The position numbers and the translations under genes are program-made. Positions 58,091-64,000 of a stretch of 64,000 bases of DNA are shown here, one piece after another. The DNA lies in the NCBI GenBank assembly GCA_951406725.2, contig OX597822.1, forward strand, positions 1,364,001 through 1,428,000. Reading direction: 5' to 3'. Under the pieces are notes generated by a model. It did no database searches and had not been told where the DNA came from. It saw only the letters and a program-made list of their open reading frames with translations. Positions within the stretch are counted from its first letter, which is position 1, and the number at the start of each line of letters is the position of its first letter. Origin of the DNA: Octopus vulgaris (lineage: Eukaryota).

Positions 58091-58182
58091 AATATATATA
58101 CATAAAGATATATATATATATATATACGTATGTCTGTACTTATATTTATTTATACATGTATTCAAGTGTGTGTAAAACTGAG

Positions 58183-58239
<57 letters not shown>

Positions 58240-58243
<4 letters not shown>

Positions 58244-58718
58244 TAGATAAAACTTAGATATGTTTCGACCAAAGATTGGTACAGGCCATGTCTAACTTAA
58301 TAGCACCACCTGATACGATTATCTAAATCCTGTTTAAGTCAAGTTTTGTTTATGGTCCATTCAAGTAGTGAGTTTTGGTTGGGTGAGTTGTATCCAACTA
58401 TGGGTGGCTTATCTGGTATTCCTTGAGGGGATCTATCCAGACTTCGTTTAAAGTTGATGGGATCCTTTTCCTTTTTGATCTCTTTCGGGACAATGTTAAA
58501 TAGGGCAGGGTCTGTTGAGGAAAAGAAATTACGTTGCAGTGTACATGTATGCTGTGATCTTGAATTGGGCAGGGGACGTATGGCCCGTGGTCCCAATATT
58601 GGATAAACCTTGAAGCTAATGTTCAGGTCGTTTGGGCAAAGTTGGCGGTATATTCTCCACATCGTACAAATGATGTACCGCTCACGGCGACGCTGGAGAG
58701 AATAGAGTTTCAAGGCTT
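58240..58718 (-). mobile_element. CR1-clade LINE 3' end
   Basis: KALKLYSLQRRRERYIICTMWRIY..PNDL..NFFSSTDPALFNIVPKEIK..FKRSLD..IPDKPP..NSLLEW. Confidence 0.88.
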
Positions 58719-58764
58719 TATATATATAGGAAAAATTTATATATATATGCAATTTTCATGTATA

Positions 58765-58808
<44 letters not shown>

Positions 58809-58994
58809 CCTGAAAATGTATGAATCTAGGTAGGGATATATGCAGATAGCTAGAATGACACATAATGACACAGGTATTCATTCTCTCAACGGATATGTAT
58901 AGAATCTGTGCACATATTTTGCAATATATGGCATATTGTGCGATTAAAGGTTATAGATGTATACGCATTGGTACATATATTCGAATATATGATG

Positions 58995-59090
<96 letters not shown>

Positions 59091-59136
59091 TTGGCGAATT
59101 TCATGAAGTATGAAGATTTTAAAGGATGCAATGTAC

Positions 59137-59205
<69 letters not shown>

Positions 59206-59283
59206 ATAAATATATAGACATAAACATAAATAAATAAATATATATATATACATATGCATATACACCTATGTATACATTTATAT

Positions 59284-59337
<54 letters not shown>

Positions 59338-59427
59338 GTATGTATGTAAATATATAAGCATATATATATATGTGGGTGTGTTAAAGCTATATGTATATAC
59401 TTACATAAATACATATATATGTACATA

Positions 59428-59492
<65 letters not shown>

Positions 59493-59780
59493 ATATATAT
59501 ATGATTATTTATACATATGGATACACACAGATCTCTGTTTAACTATATTTGTGTAAGCATATATCAATCAATGTTTATAAGGCGCGCACACACAGACACA
59601 CACACACAGACACACACACAGACGCACGAATATGAGCGACAAGAGCATGCATTGGTGGTGAAGTACATAGAAACGTACTCGGGAACATATATACGTATAC
59701 TTATACACAGAAATTACTTAGATTATGTGTTATACATCCGATAATCAGATTATTCGTCTGACGGAGTATACACACGTACG

Positions 59781-59815
<35 letters not shown>

Positions 59816-59963
59816 ACGCACACACACACAGACCTGAATGTATGGATATTCAGATATATACTCTCTCTTTTTACTCTCTCTCTTGTTTCAGTCATTTGAC
59901 TGCGTCCATGCTGGAGCACCGCCTTTTATCGCCTATATATGCATATTTACATGAATATGTATA

Positions 59964-60034
<71 letters not shown>

Positions 60035-60058
60035 ATGTATATATATATGTATGTATAT

Positions 60059-60092
<34 letters not shown>

Positions 60093-60566
60093 CCGATGAT
60101 GTGATTAACTATTTAAATAGTTTTACGCGAAAATGAAATAACTACTTAGTGTGGTTTCTCAATTACTTGTCGTAATGGAAATAAACAATACACACATTTT
60201 ACGTGTGTGTATGTATATATACGTGTGTATGTGTGTGTGTGTATGTATATAGATATATTTATATATACGTGTGTATGTGTGTGTTTGTGCATGTATATAT
60301 ATATATATATACGTGTGTGTGTATGTATATGTATATATGCAGAAATGTACAGGTATATATTCCTGTGAGCAGAGTGCGTACAGATATTTATTTCAATTGA
60401 AATAATAGCGCCAATTTATCAAACCTGTGTTGTAATTTTCCTTTAGATAAACGTCCTTAGCAACGATCCATAAGAACAAAATTCCTTTACTCCCGACATA
60501 TGTTTCGAAGACATGCTGACGATAAACATAGGATAATTCATTCACCTATTTAAATATATATATGTA

Positions 60567-60598
<32 letters not shown>

Positions 60599-60626
60599 TG
60601 TGTACATGTGAACATATGTACGTATG

Positions 60627-60662
<36 letters not shown>

Positions 60663-60693
60663 CGTACATATATACACATGTACACACACACAC

Positions 60694-60729
<36 letters not shown>

Positions 60730-60730
60730 T

Positions 60731-60782
<52 letters not shown>

Positions 60783-60809
60783 TTATGTGTTATGTTTGTG
60801 TGTTTATGC

Positions 60810-60858
<49 letters not shown>

Positions 60859-61202
60859 AAGATAAGATCCAAGGATCAAGATGTAGGAAGTGAGTAACCT
60901 TCGGGCAGTCTCCATAGAAGTTATAAAATACAACTTTTAGCAACAATTGTGATTTATTGACGTAGAAGGTTGTGAATTGTTCCCATATCGTGGTTCGGTA
61001 AAAGTGAAAAAAGTTATTTTCTAGTTCCAACTTAGCAGCTGGTGTTACTGTGTATGCGAATAAAATTGGGGTATGGAATCGCTTAATTTCACGCAACCTA
61101 TGTTTCATAGGTTGTACGGCGGTTCTGCTAGGTGTGAAGCATATGTTGTCTGGATCGTATCTACTCCGTTCCCTTATATATAAACATACATACATACAAA
61201 CA

Positions 61203-61236
<34 letters not shown>

Positions 61237-61780
61237 CATACATACATACATACATACATACATACATAATACGTACATACACACACACACAAACACACAC
61301 ATATATATATGTATGTATAGTTTATTGTTCTGTTACAGTAAAATCAGCGAAAAATGTGTTCCATTAAGTGAGAGATAAATATCACTCATCGTACACATGA
61401 GCTACTAAAAGTTTCATGCATTGGAGACGCGAGTTTAAACAAGTTTTTAGAACGTCTTCTGTCTCGAAGCAATCTGCAGGCTCTCAGAGCATGGTCTAGT
61501 CAATTTATGAATCTAGAAATAGCTGGTACAAGAGAAAGCGTGAGAAAAGCCGAGAAGGTAGATGGAGTGAGTGAAATGTGTATGTGTGTGTGTAGACACA
61601 CCTACATGCGCACACATATGCACACACAATCTCTTACTCACACGCACTCACACATACACATGATCGTACACACACACAGACACACGCACACACATATCCA
61701 TAAATTTACACACTGAATCTAACATGTTATGTGACAGAGTAGTTTTCCATGAACATAATTTGTTTCTACATACTGATTGT

Positions 61781-62056
61781 TTAATCATACGATGTAGTGT
61801 ATATTTAAACACATGAGGAATCCACTTATAGGAATTCAACACGCTAGAAACAACAGCTAGGTTCAATAACAACAAAAATTAGAGATAAAATTCGACAGGA
61901 ACGAAATGAAAAATAAAAAACATTTTAACATCTATTTTTATCTTCCATTTCGTTCCTGTCGAATTTTATCTTTAATTTTTGTGGTTATAGAACCTAGCTG
62001 TTGTTTCTAGCGTGGATTCCTCATGTGTTTAAATATACACTACATCGTATGACTAA
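61781..62056. repeat. Long foldback, ~120-140 bp arms with a 15 bp loop
   Basis: 61781-61919 vs 61935-62056; left arm carries an extra ~17 bp (ttataggaattcaacac). Confidence 0.9.
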
Positions 62057-62555
62057 TATATAGTCTTTTGGACTAAATTTGTTTACACGTTAGACCACTG
62101 AAAATGTAAATTTTAATTCATTTCCATTTCCCTTTGATATGATTAAATACTGATTATTTAATGTATACTTTTATACTCACTCTTACAAACATAAATATCA
62201 AAATACACGAAATGTTTGAAAGAAGAATGCAGTGCTTAGGTATGACTAAGAGTACATGTGCTGGAAAACAAGCAATTGCATTTGTAGTCCTCTAGCCGTG
62301 TATGAACCCTGTTTATCTGCCTTTTTCTGAAAGCTTCTTACATATGACCATCCGTCTATTTTTCAATCGCTATTACCTTCTCTTATTTCATTTTGTAAAC
62401 TGTCTCAGTGGATGCTCGTTGACATTATTCAGTGAATCCTTTGTCTTTTTCCATAATTTGTACTTTTCTTCCACTGACCAAAGTCTAATGCCAGCTTGCA
62501 AATTCAATCAGTCGATATTTTTTTTATCTCATGCTGATATTCATCCCTTTCCTAA

Positions 62556-62647
62556 TCTTTCTTTCGTTCTTTCTTTCTTTCTTTCTATCTTCCTTTCTTT
62601 CTTTTCTTCTTTCTTTCTCTCTTTCTCTCTTTCTTTCTCTCTTTCCT

Positions 62648-62686
<39 letters not shown>

Positions 62687-62687
62687 C

Positions 62688-62738
<51 letters not shown>

Positions 62739-62940
62739 CTCTTTCTCTCTTTCTCGCTTTCTTTCTCTCTTTCCTTCTTTCTTTCTTTCTTTCTTTCTTT
62801 CTTTGTTTCTTGCTTTTTCTCTTTCTTTCTTTCTCTCTTTCTTTCATGCTTTTTCTCTTTCTTTCTTTCTCTCTCTCTTTCTTTCTCTTTTTCTCTCTTT
62901 CTTTCTCTCTTTCTTTCTGTTCTTCCTATTCTCTTTTCTC
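62556..62940. repeat. (CTTT)n/(CT)n polypyrimidine tract
   Basis: Direct reading. Confidence 0.95.
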
Positions 62941-63251
62941 TGAAACTCACCATTTCCTTCCTCTCCACCTCCATATTTCTTATCCAGCCACAGACCTGTA
63001 TATGTGTGGGGGAACAAAAGGTATCTGGCAACTTGATAACCTATCTCAATATTTTCCTTGTATTTTTGTAACTCTACTGACTCCGCTCAAATTGTAAGTT
63101 GTTACGTCAACAAACCGTGTTTGCCGCTCTCTCTCTCATCACAGCAATGCAATCTCGCGTATGGCTTTTGCCAACCACTTCTACTAAGATAGTTCGAACT
63201 TCATAACACGCACAAACATACATACACAAATAACATATCTGTAGGTACATA

Positions 63252-63394
63252 TATATAGTTAAAATTTACAGAACAAGAGACGAAGACAGGTGTATAAACC
63301 AACAAGCAGGTGTATTAGTTTGACGCTCGGGGAGGTGAGAAAGTCTTTTGCGTTTCGAGTCTACGCTCTTCAACAGGAAGGAACACGAGGAAAT

Positions 63395-63400
<6 letters not shown>
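63252..63400 (-). mobile_element. Short microsatellite-embedded element with variant hammerhead-like core (relatives at 2192-2280, 27610-27740, 29040-29170, 30790-30985)
   Basis: Shared gacgaagacaggtg...aggtgtattagtttgacgctc...gtttcgag..gctcttc; minus CUGUUGA-A-GAGC-guag-ACUC-GAAAC. Confidence 0.65.
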
Positions 63401-63448
<48 letters not shown>

Positions 63449-63496
63449 AAACAGAACCTGTGGATTTAGCAGTCATGTGTGTATGTATGAGTGTAG

Positions 63497-63937
<441 letters not shown>

Positions 63938-64000
63938 TATGTTTCTTTATTAGCCACACAGGGCTGCACACAGATAGAACAAATTACAAGGTAGAGCTTT

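Noticed and set aside
62302-63097. KERK-rich and SFFL-rich ORFs
   Set aside because: (CTTT)n microsatellite

Overview
AT-rich, microsatellite-saturated eukaryotic DNA. The SINE families and simple-repeat density look like an octopus (coleoid cephalopod) genome; this is inferred from repeat recognition, not from a search. Only one host coding exon is supportable: 9163..9350 (+), an internal exon of an Unc-4/UNCX paired-like homeobox gene, ending at the classical PRD-class intron between homeodomain residues 46 and 47. I could not find the following VWFQNRR exon, so the remaining ~54.6 kb is probably one giant intron. Nearly all other ORF-track entries are translations of (TA)n, (TATG)n, (ATCT)n, (ATT)n, (CA)n and (AG)n repeats. 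The intronic DNA is a mosaic of four tRNA-derived SINE families, 3' remnants of CR1-, R4/Dong- and RTE-like LINEs, maT/mariner/Tc1 transposon relics, MITEs, Helitron-like pieces and a decayed Penelope GIY-YIG element. Three patterns stand out. (1) Many 100-300 bp non-coding elements sit in (TA)n tracts, carry minimal hammerhead-ribozyme cores and often fold back on themselves (mini-Penelope/retrozyme-like). (2) One SINE occurs as head+(body)n multimers with two alternative 3' tails, one shared with an (ATCT)n-embedded LINE-like 3' end. (3) There are numerous long intronic inverted repeats. No prokaryotic-type system, CRISPR array or intact transposon ORF is evident. Coordinates of repeats are read by eye and are approximate.
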